A stretch of DNA of 64,000 nt from Gemmatimonadales bacterium (GTDB lineage Bacteria > Gemmatimonadota > Gemmatimonadetes > Gemmatimonadales > GWC2-71-9). Within the stretch, counting starts at the first letter, position 1; each line of letters begins with the position of its first letter. The DNA is taken from NCBI GenBank assembly GCA_035259785.1, contig DATFVZ010000095.1:2100-66099 (forward strand), written 5' to 3'. Below are positions 8,738 through 18,872 of this stretch, piece after piece. The translations under genes were made by a program, and so were the position numbers. The notes below the pieces were generated by a model that worked only from the letters and a program-made list of their open reading frames with translations, did not search any database and was not told the DNA's origin.

Positions 8738-9616
8738 GTGCTCTGGGTCTCGCTGTGCATGCTGCAGGCGGCAGCTGGACCGCCGGCGACCGACATCTAT
8801 TTGGCCGACCTCCGCGTCGGCCAGGGTCGCGTTATCGTCGGCACGCCTGTGAACGTCACGAACAGACCAGGCTACGACAACCAGCCGTCCTTCCTGCCCG
8901 ACGGCCGTTCGATCCTCTACACCTCGGTCCGGGACAGTCAGGCCGAGATCTATCGATACGACATCGCGCAACGTCGCAACACCGCGGTCACCAACACGCG
9001 GGAGAGCGAGTACTCGCCTACCCCGCTGCCGAACAGTGTCGGCTTCTCCGTCATTCGAGTGGAAGCCGACTCGACGCAGCGTCTTTGGGCGTTCGACCTC
9101 GATGGCACGCATGCTCGCCTCGTGCTGGACTCGATCAAGCCCGTCGGGTACCATGCGTGGGGCGACGACCACACGCTGGTCTTGTTCGTCCTCGGTTCGC
9201 CGCCAACGCTTCAGATCGCTGATGCTGCCGCGCCAACCGCACGCGGTGACGTGCTGGCTCGCGACATCGGGCGCTCGCTCCAGCGGATTCCGAACCGCCC
9301 TTCGGTCAGTTTCCTTCAGCGCGACTCTATTGGTGGTCCGTCGCTACAGGAGGTCGATGTCCGCACACGCAGGGTCACACAATTGATCAAGACACCGACC
9401 GGCGCGGAGTTCTTCGCATGGACGCCGGGCGGCATCGTCCTGACGGCGGCTGGCTCGAAGCTGTACTCCTGGGATCCCCGCGGGGGCGGCGCCGCGGGCG
9501 GCGCTTGGCAGGAAGTGGCGGATTTTGCAGCTGCAGGTATGACAAATCTCACGCGTCTCGCCGTGAGCCCCAAAGGGGATTGCGTCGCGATAGTCGCCGT
9601 TCCGGCGGCGCCCTAG
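8738..9616 (+). CDS. TolB-like / PD40 beta-propeller repeat protein
   Basis: 292 aa with the PD40-type motif PGYDNQPSFLPDGRSILYTS and repeated strand-rich segments. GTG start; the N-terminus is uncertain. Confidence 0.6.
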   Translation: MLWVSLCMLQAAAGPPATDIYLADLRVGQGRVIVGTPVNVTNRPGYDNQPSFLPDGRSILYTSVRDSQAEIYRYDIAQRRNTAVTNTRESEYSPTPLPNSVGFSVIRVEADSTQRLWAFDLDGTHARLVLDSIKPVGYHAWGDDHTLVLFVLGSPPTLQIADAAAPTARGDVLARDIGRSLQRIPNRPSVSFLQRDSIGGPSLQEVDVRTRRVTQLIKTPTGAEFFAWTPGGIVLTAAGSKLYSWDPRGGGAAGGAWQEVADFAAAGMTNLTRLAVSPKGDCVAIVAVPAAP

Positions 9617-10059
9617 CGCTCCAGGATCATCGTCACGGGGCCGTCGTTCACGAGCTCCACGTCCATCATCGCCCCGAACTCGCCGGTCTCGACCGCAATC
9701 TTCCCGCCGCTCTTCTCTTTCAGCAAAGCCACGAACCTCTCATAAAGCGGGATCGCGAGATTCGGCGGCGCGGCGCCGATGAAACTCGGCCGCCGGCCTT
9801 TGCTCGCGTCACCATAGAGCGTGAACTGCGACACGACGAGGATCCCACCGTTCACGTCGGCCAGATCGCGGTTCATCTTCCCCTCGGCGTCTCCGAACAC
9901 TCGCAGGCCGATGATCTTTTCGGCCATCCAACTGAGCTGAGCCTCGGTGTCGAACGGAGCGAAACCGGCGAGCACGAGAAAGCCGGGCCCGATTTTCCCG
10001 GTAACCCGGCTTGCGACTCGAACTTCCGCACGCGAAACGCGCTGGAGAACTACTTTCAC
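9613..10059 (-). CDS. dtd: D-aminoacyl-tRNA deacylase
   Basis: 148 aa: MKVVLQRVSRAEVRV...VSQFTLYGD...GRRPSF...NDGPVT. Confidence 0.92.
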   Translation of the reverse strand: MKVVLQRVSRAEVRVASRVTGKIGPGFLVLAGFAPFDTEAQLSWMAEKIIGLRVFGDAEGKMNRDLADVNGGILVVSQFTLYGDASKGRRPSFIGAAPPNLAIPLYERFVALLKEKSGGKIAVETGEFGAMMDVELVNDGPVTMILER

Positions 10060-11885
10060 TCGACCGTTACACTCTTTGCAAGATTCCTCGGTTGGTCAAC
10101 GTTACAGCCCCGCCGGACAGCGATATAGTAAGCGAGAAGTTGCAAAGGCACCACACTCAAGACGGGCGTCAAAAGATCGAGCGTCTCGGGAATCTCGATC
10201 CGATAGTCGGCCAGCTTTTCGAGCGCGTGATCCCCTTCCGTCACGATCGCGATCACGCGGCCCCCGCGCGCTTTCACCTCTTCGATATTGCTCACGACCT
10301 TTTGGTGCACGCCGTCCTTTGGCGCGATGAACACCACGGGCATGAGATCGTCGATCAGGGCGATGGGCCCGTGCTTCATCTCGGCCGCGGGGTAGCCTTC
10401 AGCGTGGATGTAGGAGATTTCCTTGAGCTTGAGCGCGCCTTCGAGGGCAACCGGGAAGTTGTAGCCGCGGCCCAGGTACAACACGTTCTGAGCGCGCACG
10501 AGCCGGTCGGCGATCTGCTCGATCTGCGACGCCTTCGCGAGGACCCGCTTCACGAGATCGGGCAGCTTGGCCAGCGCCCGCACTACTTCGCGTCCTTGTA
10601 GGATCGACAGCGCGCGCAGACGCCCCATCTTCAGCGTGAGCAGCGCCAGCGCGATGATCTGGCTGGTAAATGCCTTGGTGCTCGCGACGCCGATTTCAGG
10701 GCCGGCGTGGAGATAAATTCCACCGTCCACTTCGCGCGCGATCGTGCTGCCCACGACGTTGATCAATCCCAGGGTACGCGCGCCGCGCCGCTTGGCTTCA
10801 CGGAGCGCCGCCAGCGTATCGGCCGTTTCACCCGACTGCGAAATCCCGATCACGAGAGTGCGCTCATCCACAATTGGGTTCCGATAGCGGAACTCCGACG
10901 CGTACTCGACTTCGGTCGGAATGCGCGCCAGCTCCTCCATCATGTATTCGCCGATCAAGGCGGAATGCCACGATGTGCCGCAGGCGGTGATGACGATGCG
11001 CTGGACCTTGAGCAGCTCCTCGTCGCTGATGTTCAGGCCGCCGAAGCGGACTGTGCCCTCTTCCTCGAGCAGCCGGCCGCGCATCGTGTTGCACACGCTG
11101 TCGGGTTGCTCCATGATCTCCTTGAGCATGAAGTGGGCGTAGCCGCCGCGCTCGATCGTCGCGAGGTCCCACTCGACCTGCATGATCTGCTTTTCCTTCT
11201 CGGCAGCCTCGAGATCCATGATGCGATAATCGCTCGGCGTGACCTCCGCGATCTCGCCGTCGTCGAGGTACACCACCGACCGGGTGTGCGCCAGAACGGC
11301 GGACGCATCGGAAGCGACAAAGTTCTCGCCGTTGCCGACGCCAACGAGGAGCGGCGAGCCCCGGCGCGCGGCGACGATCGTATCGGGCTCCCGGCTCGAA
11401 ACCACCGCGATGCCGTACGTGCCTTCCACCTGGCGTAACGCTTCGGCCGTCGCATCCACGAGCGGCGTGCCATTGGTGTGGGTTTCTTCGATGAGATGGG
11501 AGAGCACTTCGGTGTCGGTCTGCGAACGAAAGACATGGCCGCGCTTGCTCAGGGCCAGGCGCAGCGCGCCGGCGTTCTCAATGATCCCGTTGTGCACCAG
11601 GGCGAGCGTGCCGCCGCAATCGGCGTGCGGATGCGCGTTGACGGTGTTGGGCACGCCGTGGGTCGCCCAGCGCGTATGCGCGATCGCCGTCGTCCCGGGA
11701 GGCAGATTCGTGCCGAGCTCACGCTCGAGCACGGCGATCTTGCCAGGCGCCCGAAAGACTTCCAGTCCTCCGTTGACGACGGCAAGGCCCGCCGAATCGT
11801 ACCCGCGATACTCGAGACGCTTGAGACCTTCGAGAACAACAGGAGCTGCCGTTCGCTTGCCGGTATACCCTACGATGCCACACAT
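10056..11885 (-). CDS. glmS: Glutamine--fructose-6-phosphate aminotransferase
   Basis: 609 aa. MCGIVGY N-terminal nucleophile, two SIS domains, C-terminal ...NLAKSVTVE. Confidence 0.97.
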   Translation of the reverse strand: MCGIVGYTGKRTAAPVVLEGLKRLEYRGYDSAGLAVVNGGLEVFRAPGKIAVLERELGTNLPPGTTAIAHTRWATHGVPNTVNAHPHADCGGTLALVHNGIIENAGALRLALSKRGHVFRSQTDTEVLSHLIEETHTNGTPLVDATAEALRQVEGTYGIAVVSSREPDTIVAARRGSPLLVGVGNGENFVASDASAVLAHTRSVVYLDDGEIAEVTPSDYRIMDLEAAEKEKQIMQVEWDLATIERGGYAHFMLKEIMEQPDSVCNTMRGRLLEEEGTVRFGGLNISDEELLKVQRIVITACGTSWHSALIGEYMMEELARIPTEVEYASEFRYRNPIVDERTLVIGISQSGETADTLAALREAKRRGARTLGLINVVGSTIAREVDGGIYLHAGPEIGVASTKAFTSQIIALALLTLKMGRLRALSILQGREVVRALAKLPDLVKRVLAKASQIEQIADRLVRAQNVLYLGRGYNFPVALEGALKLKEISYIHAEGYPAAEMKHGPIALIDDLMPVVFIAPKDGVHQKVVSNIEEVKARGGRVIAIVTEGDHALEKLADYRIEIPETLDLLTPVLSVVPLQLLAYYIAVRRGCNVDQPRNLAKSVTVE

Positions 11886-13282
11886 AACCGCCGCCCTTCA
11901 TCAATCAGTTTTTGAGCGTCCGCGCCGGTGGGCGCTTCCGCGATAAATCGAATTATCGGTTCCGTACCGGATGGCCGTACGTGCAACCAGCGATCCGGCC
12001 ATGCGAGTCGCAGCCCATCCTGCGTATCCACGGCAGCCTCAGGAAAGCGAGCTCGGAGCGCGGAGTACACATCGGTCATCCGTTCTGTGTTCCGCGTTCC
12101 GCGTTCTACTTTCGCTTTCACGATCGTGTACCGCGGCGCTCGCCCAACGAGCTCGCTGACCGTGGCACGCTCGCGCGCCAGCAACGTCAGCACCAACGCA
12201 AAAGCCACCGGCGCATCCCGCCCGACATGTAACGCCGGATACATCACGCCACCGTTTCCTTCACCGCCGATCGCCGCCTTCAGCGCGATAATCTTTCGCG
12301 CAACGTGCGCTTCACCGACGGCGGCACGGACGACCCTCGCGCCATACTCCTTTGCTGCATCTTCGACCACCAGACTCGTCGAAAGATTGCAGACGACCGT
12401 CTTACCCCTCCCCCTTCCCCGTTCCCTCTTCCCCAAGACCGCTCTGATCGCGAACGCCAGCGTATAGTCTTCGCCAATCGGGCGACCTTTTTCGTCGACA
12501 ATTGCGAGGCGATCGACATCCGGATCGACCGCGATCCCTACTTCCGCTTTCGAACGGCGCACCAGGGCGCCGAGGGCTTTTAAGTTCTCCGGGACGGGCT
12601 CGGGCGGACGGGGGAATAATCCGTCAGTTGCCACGTTGATCGCTGTGACCCGGCACCCCAATCGCTCGAGCAGCGCCGGCATCACGGCCCCGCCGGCCCC
12701 CCGTACCGTGTCGAGCGCCACGCGAAACCGCCTCCGCCTGATCGCCCGAACCTCGACTGCCGGAAGCGCGAGCACGGCGGCGAGATGGCGGGTTATCGAA
12801 TCCGAGTCCGCCTCCACACCGCCGATAGCTTGGTAGTTGGCTCGTGGCAGGGCATTGCCTGCCGCCAATTCGCGTACCCGCGTGCCCGCTTCAATATCAA
12901 GAAAGATGCCATCAGGGCCGACGAACTTAAGAGCGTTCCATTCGATGGGATTGTGGCTTGCGGTGAGGATCAGGCCGCCGGCTGAGTGGTGGTGCTCTAC
13001 AGCAAGTTGCACCGTTGGTGTTGCAACTAGCCCTACATCGATCACGTCGCAGCCCACGGAGTTGAGGCCGGCCGTGGCGGCCTGGATGAACATGGGCCCG
13101 GACGTCCGCGCATCTCGCCCTACCACGACGCGGGGCCTACCCTTCCCGCGTCCGCCGTCCCCCGTCTTGCTTTTTGCCCAAACGCCAAACGCCGCGGCCC
13201 AACGGGCGACTACTTCAGGAGTGAGGTCCGTCCCGACAAGGCCTCGCACTCCCGACACACTGACCATGAGGGTGTCGGACAT
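11870..13282 (-). CDS. glmM: Phosphoglucosamine mutase / phosphohexomutase family
   Basis: 470 aa with the active-site loop TASHNPIEWNALKF and a metal site DPDVDR. The symbol rests on synteny: its 3' end overlaps the glmS start by 16 nt. PGM/PMM specificity cannot be excluded. Confidence 0.8.
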   Translation of the reverse strand: MSDTLMVSVSGVRGLVGTDLTPEVVARWAAAFGVWAKSKTGDGGRGKGRPRVVVGRDARTSGPMFIQAATAGLNSVGCDVIDVGLVATPTVQLAVEHHHSAGGLILTASHNPIEWNALKFVGPDGIFLDIEAGTRVRELAAGNALPRANYQAIGGVEADSDSITRHLAAVLALPAVEVRAIRRRRFRVALDTVRGAGGAVMPALLERLGCRVTAINVATDGLFPRPPEPVPENLKALGALVRRSKAEVGIAVDPDVDRLAIVDEKGRPIGEDYTLAFAIRAVLGKRERGRGRGKTVVCNLSTSLVVEDAAKEYGARVVRAAVGEAHVARKIIALKAAIGGEGNGGVMYPALHVGRDAPVAFALVLTLLARERATVSELVGRAPRYTIVKAKVERGTRNTERMTDVYSALRARFPEAAVDTQDGLRLAWPDRWLHVRPSGTEPIIRFIAEAPTGADAQKLIDEGRRLCVAS

Positions 13283-13306
13283 GGGACGCTCAATCTAATG
13301 AATCGG

Positions 13307-14392
13307 TCAGGCCCGACGGGCTTCCATGGCGGGGGTAGGCAGGCGCAGCGGTTGCAGCTGGGGTGTGGGAATGGGCAAGGCGAGGTTGCCCACGAAGGCC
13401 TGACAGAACGCGTCCACGACCGCGGGGTCGAACTGCACGCTTTTCCCGTGCTCTAGCTCATGTATTGCTTGTTCCACGCTCAGCGAGGGCCGGTAGGGAC
13501 GGACACTCGTCATCGCGTCGAATGCGTCCGCGACGCTGACCACACGAGCTTCAAAGGGGATCGCATCGCCTTCCAAGCCGTCCGGAAACCCGCGGCCGTC
13601 GAGGCGCTCGTGATGCGAGCGCACGATCGATAGCGCGCCGGGAGCATCGCGCATCAGAGGCCCGAGAATACGCGCGCCGATGACGGTATGTTCCATGATG
13701 TGCCGGTATTCGTCGGCGCTGAGCTTTCCCGCCTTATGCAACACACTCTCGCTCACGCCGATCTTCCCGACATCGTGCAGCTCGGCGCCCAGCGCGATTG
13801 TCTCGACGAGGTCGGTATCGAGTTTCAGGGCCCGCGCGATTTCGACCGAATAGTTCGCGACGCGCATCGAATGGCCACGCGTGTACGCGTCTTTTGCTTC
13901 GAGGGCGAAGACCAGGGCGTGGACACCTTCGAGGAACAGCTCCTCGATGCGGCGCGCTTGCACCTCGACGCGCTCTTCCAAGTTCTTCTGATAGCTACGG
14001 TTCTCGATCAGTAACCGCCGCTTGTCGAGCGCCTGGGACACGCGCGCCCGCACTTCCTCGAGATGGAAGGGCTTTGCGACGTAATCGAGCGCGCCCATCT
14101 GCAAACAGGCGACGGCGCTTTCGACCTCAGCCACCGCGGTCACTACGATTACCGCGGTATCGGGCCAGCGTACGACGATTTCCCGCAGCAACGAGACGCC
14201 GTCCATTTCCGGCATCCGCAGATCGGAGATGACCAGTGGCGCGGGCCTCTGCGCGAGCTCCTGGAGCGCTTCCAGGCCAGACCCGGCTTCGGCGCAGGTA
14301 AAGCCTTCACCTTCGAGCAACCGCATCAGCACCCGGCGCAGCCGGGGCTCATCGTCGACGATCAGGCAGCGCATCCCTGAGGTGTTCGGCAT
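13307..14392 (-). CDS. Response regulator with HD-GYP domain (putative c-di-GMP phosphodiesterase)
   Basis: REC domain: MRCLIVDDEP...VISDLRMPEMDG...KPF. HD-GYP domain: LHDVGKIGV...HHERLDGRGFPDGL. Confidence 0.88.
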   Translation of the reverse strand: MPNTSGMRCLIVDDEPRLRRVLMRLLEGEGFTCAEAGSGLEALQELAQRPAPLVISDLRMPEMDGVSLLREIVVRWPDTAVIVVTAVAEVESAVACLQMGALDYVAKPFHLEEVRARVSQALDKRRLLIENRSYQKNLEERVEVQARRIEELFLEGVHALVFALEAKDAYTRGHSMRVANYSVEIARALKLDTDLVETIALGAELHDVGKIGVSESVLHKAGKLSADEYRHIMEHTVIGARILGPLMRDAPGALSIVRSHHERLDGRGFPDGLEGDAIPFEARVVSVADAFDAMTSVRPYRPSLSVEQAIHELEHGKSVQFDPAVVDAFCQAFVGNLALPIPTPQLQPLRLPTPAMEARRA

Positions 14393-14450
14393 CGCGGCCC
14401 CAAAGTAAAGGTCGCTTGCCCCTGACGAAAGCCGCCTTTACGTTCCGCGC

Positions 14451-15620
14451 ATGACCCGCATCGCCGAGCAGGACCTGGCGAGACGCTTCGCGACTCGCGC
14501 CGTGCACGCGGGCCACCTGGGTGATCCCCTAAGCGGCGCGGTCATGACGCCCATCTATCAGACCTCCACCTACATCCAGGACGGCCTCGGGCGCCACAAG
14601 GGGTATGAGTACGCGCGGACCCGCAATCCCACGCGCGAGGCGCTCGAGCGTAACGTCGCGGCCCTTGAAGGCGGCCGTCACGGCTTTGCGTTCGGATCGG
14701 GGCTCGCGGCCCTCGATGCCGTCATGAAGCTCCTGTCCGCCGGCGATCATGTTGTGAGCGGCGAGAATGTGTACGGCGGGTCGCACCGGCAGATGACGCA
14801 CATCTGGTCACGCCTCGGCCTGAGCTTCACGTTCGTGGATGGCGGCGACACGAAGGCCGTGGCTGCCGCCGTGACACCAAATACGAAGATCGTCTACGCC
14901 GAAACGCCGACGAATCCGATGATGCGTCTCTGCGACTTGGCCGCGACGGGCGAGATCGCGCGGAAGGCGCGCGCGCTGTTCGTCGTCGACAATACGTTCG
15001 CCACGCCGTACTTCCAGCAGCCGCTCGACTTCGGCGCCGATATCGTGCTGCACTCTACGACAAAGTATCTGAATGGGCACTCCGACATGGTGGGCGGGAT
15101 GCTCGTCGTGAGCCGTGATGAGGTCGCGGAGCGCGTTGGGTTCATTCAGAACTCGGCCGGTGCCGTTCCCGGTCCGTTCGACTGCTGGCTCGCGTTGCGC
15201 GGCACCAAGACGCTCGCGTTGCGGATGCGCCAGCACGATGTGAACGGCCGCCGCATCGCCGAATGGCTGGAGAAGCACGCCCGCGTGCAACGGGTCTACT
15301 ATCCCGGATTGCGCTCACATCCCCAATACGACCTGGCCACGCGCCAGATGAAGGGCTTCGGCGGCATGCTCAGCATCGAGCTGGGCGACGTCGCGTATGC
15401 CCGCCGCGTTCTGGAGCGCACCAAGATCTTCGCGCTGGCCGAATCACTTGGCGGGGTCGAAAGCCTGATCGGCCATCCCGCGTCCATGACGCACGCCAGT
15501 GTGCCGCCGGAGATGCGGCGCCGCATGGGCCTCACAGACAGCCTGGTGCGCCTGTCCGTGGGTATAGAGGATGTGGAGGACTTGATTGGCGATTTGGATC
15601 AGGCGTTGGGGGATGATTGA
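14451..15620 (+). CDS. Cys/Met-metabolism PLP-dependent enzyme (cystathionine gamma-synthase/lyase family)
   Basis: 389 aa with the PLP-lysine motif HSTTKYLNGHSD and the family-typical termini. Confidence 0.9.
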   Translation: MTRIAEQDLARRFATRAVHAGHLGDPLSGAVMTPIYQTSTYIQDGLGRHKGYEYARTRNPTREALERNVAALEGGRHGFAFGSGLAALDAVMKLLSAGDHVVSGENVYGGSHRQMTHIWSRLGLSFTFVDGGDTKAVAAAVTPNTKIVYAETPTNPMMRLCDLAATGEIARKARALFVVDNTFATPYFQQPLDFGADIVLHSTTKYLNGHSDMVGGMLVVSRDEVAERVGFIQNSAGAVPGPFDCWLALRGTKTLALRMRQHDVNGRRIAEWLEKHARVQRVYYPGLRSHPQYDLATRQMKGFGGMLSIELGDVAYARRVLERTKIFALAESLGGVESLIGHPASMTHASVPPEMRRRMGLTDSLVRLSVGIEDVEDLIGDLDQALGDD

Positions 15621-15625
15621 TGTAC

Positions 15626-15661
15626 CGAATCGATTCGAAACAGTTCGTACGATATATCGTA
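15626..15661 (+). promoter_or_regulatory. AT-rich segment with two perfect palindromes upstream of the M48 peptidase gene (candidate promoter/operator)
   Basis: CGAATCGATTCG (15626-15637) and TACGATATATCGTA (15648-15661) lie in a locally AT-rich 55-73 bp intergenic region. Confidence 0.25.
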
Positions 15662-15692
15662 GGTTTCAGATCCCTTGTTGGAGATCGACAAA

Positions 15693-16688
15693 ATGACTGA
15701 TGCCAGCCTGCCCGCGGCTCGCCCGCGGAAGATCCTCACCCAGATCGCCGCCGTTTCGTGGGAGCACCCCGCGGACCGGGCCGCGCTGCAGACGTTGCGG
15801 TCCGTCCCCGGCTTCGATGAAGTCGTGAAAAAGATCGTCGGATTCTTTGGCGAGCGCGGTATCCGCCTCTTGTTCCAGGCCAATGCCGTGCGCGTCGGAC
15901 CGAATCAGTTCCCGAAGCTCAACCAGCTCTACACCGATGTGCTGACGACGATGGATTGGACCGAGCGGCCCGAGCTGTTCGTGTCGCAGACGCCCTTCGT
16001 CAACGCGGGAGCCTTCGGGGTCGAGCGCCCCTTCATCGTGATCAACTCGGGCGCACTGACCCTGCTCGACGACGACGAGATGCGGAACCTGCTCGGCCAC
16101 GAGCTGGGGCATATCATGAGTGGGCACGCCCTGTATCACACCATTCTCGTCATTATCCTGTTCGTCAGTGCGAATTTCCTGCCGTTCCTCACCAGTCTCA
16201 TGCTCGCGCCGATTCGCTTCGCATTACTCGAGTGGTATCGGAAGAGCGAGTTGTCGTCCGATCGGGCCGGATTGATCGCGACGCAGGATCCGCCTGCCTC
16301 GATGCGGATGTTCATGAAGATGGCTGGAGGTGGCCACACGCGAGAGATGGATCTGACCGCCTTCCTCGAGCAGGCGAAGGAATACGAGGAGTCGGGTGGC
16401 GCGGTCGATCGCATCTTCAAAATCCTCAACACGCTCGACCGGACCCATCCATTCAACACGCTGCGCGCGGCCGAGCTCCAACGCTGGATCCAGGCGGGCA
16501 CCTACGAGCGGATCGTGAACGGCGACTACACACGCCGCGGTCCCGACGCCGAAAAACGTCCTCTCGAGACCGATATCGACGACGCTCGCGAGCACTACAT
16601 GAATGAAGCCAAAGCCGTCGTGAATGACGTCGTGGATTCCGCCAAGCGGGCCGCGCAAGCGTTTTCGGACGCCTTTAAGAAGAAGTGA
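15693..16688 (+). CDS. M48-family zinc metallopeptidase
   Basis: HELGHIMSGH (HExxH) followed by hydrophobic helices. ATG at 15693; the track uses an in-frame TTG at 15675. Confidence 0.8.
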   Translation: MTDASLPAARPRKILTQIAAVSWEHPADRAALQTLRSVPGFDEVVKKIVGFFGERGIRLLFQANAVRVGPNQFPKLNQLYTDVLTTMDWTERPELFVSQTPFVNAGAFGVERPFIVINSGALTLLDDDEMRNLLGHELGHIMSGHALYHTILVIILFVSANFLPFLTSLMLAPIRFALLEWYRKSELSSDRAGLIATQDPPASMRMFMKMAGGGHTREMDLTAFLEQAKEYEESGGAVDRIFKILNTLDRTHPFNTLRAAELQRWIQAGTYERIVNGDYTRRGPDAEKRPLETDIDDAREHYMNEAKAVVNDVVDSAKRAAQAFSDAFKKK

Positions 16689-17998
16689 GAGTACTGGTCG
16701 TCGGAGGTGGCGGCCGCGAGCATGCGCTGTGCTGGGCACTGCATCGCGATGCCGCCGCCTCCACCGGCGACCTCACATTGTTCGCCGCGCCGGGCAATCC
16801 CGGTACCGCGACGCTGGCAACCAATCTTCCCATCCAAGCAACGGCTATCGACGACTTGGTCGCGGCCGTCCAACAGCACGACATCGATGTGACGATCGTT
16901 GGCCCGGAGGCGCCGCTTGCCGCCGGGCTCGCCGATCGCCTCCGCGCTTCCGAGGGAAGCCGCGCCGTGTTCGGGCCGAGCGCCGCAGCCGCGCGACTCG
17001 AGTCATCGAAGGCGTACGCAAAGGAAGTGCTGCGGCGCGCCGGCGTCCCGACGGCCGCGAGCGCTGCCTTTGTCTCGATAGACCCTGCCATCGAGTACAT
17101 CGGCGGACATCCGGAGCCATTGGTCGTGAAGGCTTCGGGGCTCGCCGCCGGCAAAGGCGCGGTGATTTGCAAGACGCGCGTCGAGGCGACGCAGACCGTA
17201 CGCGCGATGCTCGATGGATCGCTCGGAGAGGCGGGGAAGGAAGTTCTCGTGGAAGAGTTTCTGCAAGGCGAAGAGCTTTCGGTCCTCGCTCTAACCGACG
17301 GCGAGCGTATCCTCATTCTTCCGCCGGCACAGGATCACAAGCGGCTCGGCGAAGGAGATACTGGGCCGAATACAGGCGGCATGGGTGCCTATTGTCCGGT
17401 TGGAATAGCCTCAGACGCATTACTGGACCGTGTGCGCACGGATGTATTCGAGCCAGTGTTGCGTGAGGTCGCTGCGCAAGGCGCTCCGTACGAAGGCGTG
17501 CTCTACGCCGGTCTGATGATTCTGCCCGATGGAACGCCGTCGGTGCTCGAGTTCAATGCGCGCTTTGGAGATCCCGAAGCACAGGTCCTCCTGCCGGCGC
17601 TGCCCCCAGGCTTCACGGAACATCTGATCGCCATCGCCCAGCGTCGCTGGGATCCGCCGGCCCAGCGGTGGGTACTCGACGCCGAACGGGCCGCCGTCAC
17701 GACGGTGCTTGCCGCCCGCGGTTACCCGGAGAATCCGGAAAAAGGGGTCGCCATCCGTCTTCCGCCGTCCGACGACCTCGGCCAGGACGTGATCGTCTTT
17801 CACGCGGGAACGTTCCGCGACCCAGACGGCCGGCTACGGACGGCCGGGGGGCGCGTCTTTAGCGTGACCGGACTGGGCCGGACCGTTCCGCTCGCCGCGC
17901 GGGCCAGCAGGCAAGCAGCCGAGCTGATCGCCTTCGAGGGCAAGACATGGCGGCGAGACGTCGCTTGGAGAGAGATCGAGCGTGCCGGAGCTCCCTGA
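16685..17998 (+). CDS. purD: Phosphoribosylamine--glycine ligase
   Basis: 437 aa: MRVLVVGGGGREHAL...ATP-grasp...FNARFGDPE. The GTG start overlaps the upstream stop. Confidence 0.95.
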   Translation: MRVLVVGGGGREHALCWALHRDAAASTGDLTLFAAPGNPGTATLATNLPIQATAIDDLVAAVQQHDIDVTIVGPEAPLAAGLADRLRASEGSRAVFGPSAAAARLESSKAYAKEVLRRAGVPTAASAAFVSIDPAIEYIGGHPEPLVVKASGLAAGKGAVICKTRVEATQTVRAMLDGSLGEAGKEVLVEEFLQGEELSVLALTDGERILILPPAQDHKRLGEGDTGPNTGGMGAYCPVGIASDALLDRVRTDVFEPVLREVAAQGAPYEGVLYAGLMILPDGTPSVLEFNARFGDPEAQVLLPALPPGFTEHLIAIAQRRWDPPAQRWVLDAERAAVTTVLAARGYPENPEKGVAIRLPPSDDLGQDVIVFHAGTFRDPDGRLRTAGGRVFSVTGLGRTVPLAARASRQAAELIAFEGKTWRRDVAWREIERAGAP

Positions 17999-18872
17999 AG
18001 TCGAGACGATTGTCCGCGAAATCGCCCCGCGCCTCGAAGGAAACCGCATCGCCGGTACGGCGTTGAGAAAGACCGATGTCTTGCGTGAGGTCTCGAAGTC
18101 CCGTCTCATCAAGACGCTTCAGGGCAACACGATCGAGCAGGTCTACCGGCGCGCCAAGCATGTCGTGTTTCGCCTCGCGAGCGGGCATCGGATGATCATC
18201 CAGCCGCGTATGACGGGATCCGTGATCGTCCACGACCGGGCTCTCAGCAAGGACGAGCTCAAATACGCGGTGCTGATCTGCACGCTCGATGCTGGTCACC
18301 AGTTCGTCTACCGCGACGTGCGCCGACTCGGCACTATCTGGCTGCTCGATGAGAAGGGGTGGATGGCGTATACGGGCAGAATCGGACCGGAACCCCTCGA
18401 GGACACCTTCACGCCATTCGTGTTCGCTGACCGCCTGAAGGGCACCCGCACCGCCGTGAAAAAGGCCATCATGGATCAGCGGCGGCTGGCGGGCGTTGGA
18501 AACATCTACGCCAACGAAGCGCTGTTCGACGCCAGGGTAAATCCGGCGAAATCAGCTCACAAGCTGTCGCTCGAGGAATGCGGCCGGCTCCACGCCGCGA
18601 TTGTGGACGTGCTGCAGCGCGCGCTCCTGTCCGACGGCACTACGCTGCGCGACTATCGCACCGGCACGGGAGAACAAGGCCGGTTTCAGTTCGAGCTGCG
18701 AGTGTATGGCCGGGGCGGCGAACGATGTGTGAACTGCGGCCGCAAACTCGTGATGACGCATGAGATCGATAAGCGGCAGACGGTGTTTTGCACGAGATGC
18801 CAGGGTCGGAGTACTGCGACGCTAGGATCAAGCGAGGCTAGAAAAGGCGACGCTAGGAAGAGGCGACGCTAG
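17982..18872 (+). CDS. mutM: Formamidopyrimidine-DNA glycosylase
   Basis: MPELPEVETI N-terminus, H2TH region and zinc finger CVNCG...FCTRCQ. A 22-aa basic tail beyond the zinc finger is encoded by the repeat element at 18814-18897. Confidence 0.92.
   Translation: MPELPEVETIVREIAPRLEGNRIAGTALRKTDVLREVSKSRLIKTLQGNTIEQVYRRAKHVVFRLASGHRMIIQPRMTGSVIVHDRALSKDELKYAVLICTLDAGHQFVYRDVRRLGTIWLLDEKGWMAYTGRIGPEPLEDTFTPFVFADRLKGTRTAVKKAIMDQRRLAGVGNIYANEALFDARVNPAKSAHKLSLEECGRLHAAIVDVLQRALLSDGTTLRDYRTGTGEQGRFQFELRVYGRGGERCVNCGRKLVMTHEIDKRQTVFCTRCQGRSTATLGSSEARKGDARKRRR

Noticed and set aside
14393-14450. The inverted repeat GTAAAGG-N23-CCTTTAC in the divergent region between the HD-GYP regulator and the Cys/Met PLP enzyme, considered as a SAM riboswitch or operator.
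   Set aside because: The 58-bp spacer is far too short for a SAM riboswitch, and 7-bp arms with a 23-nt spacer can occur by chance. There is no supporting evidence.
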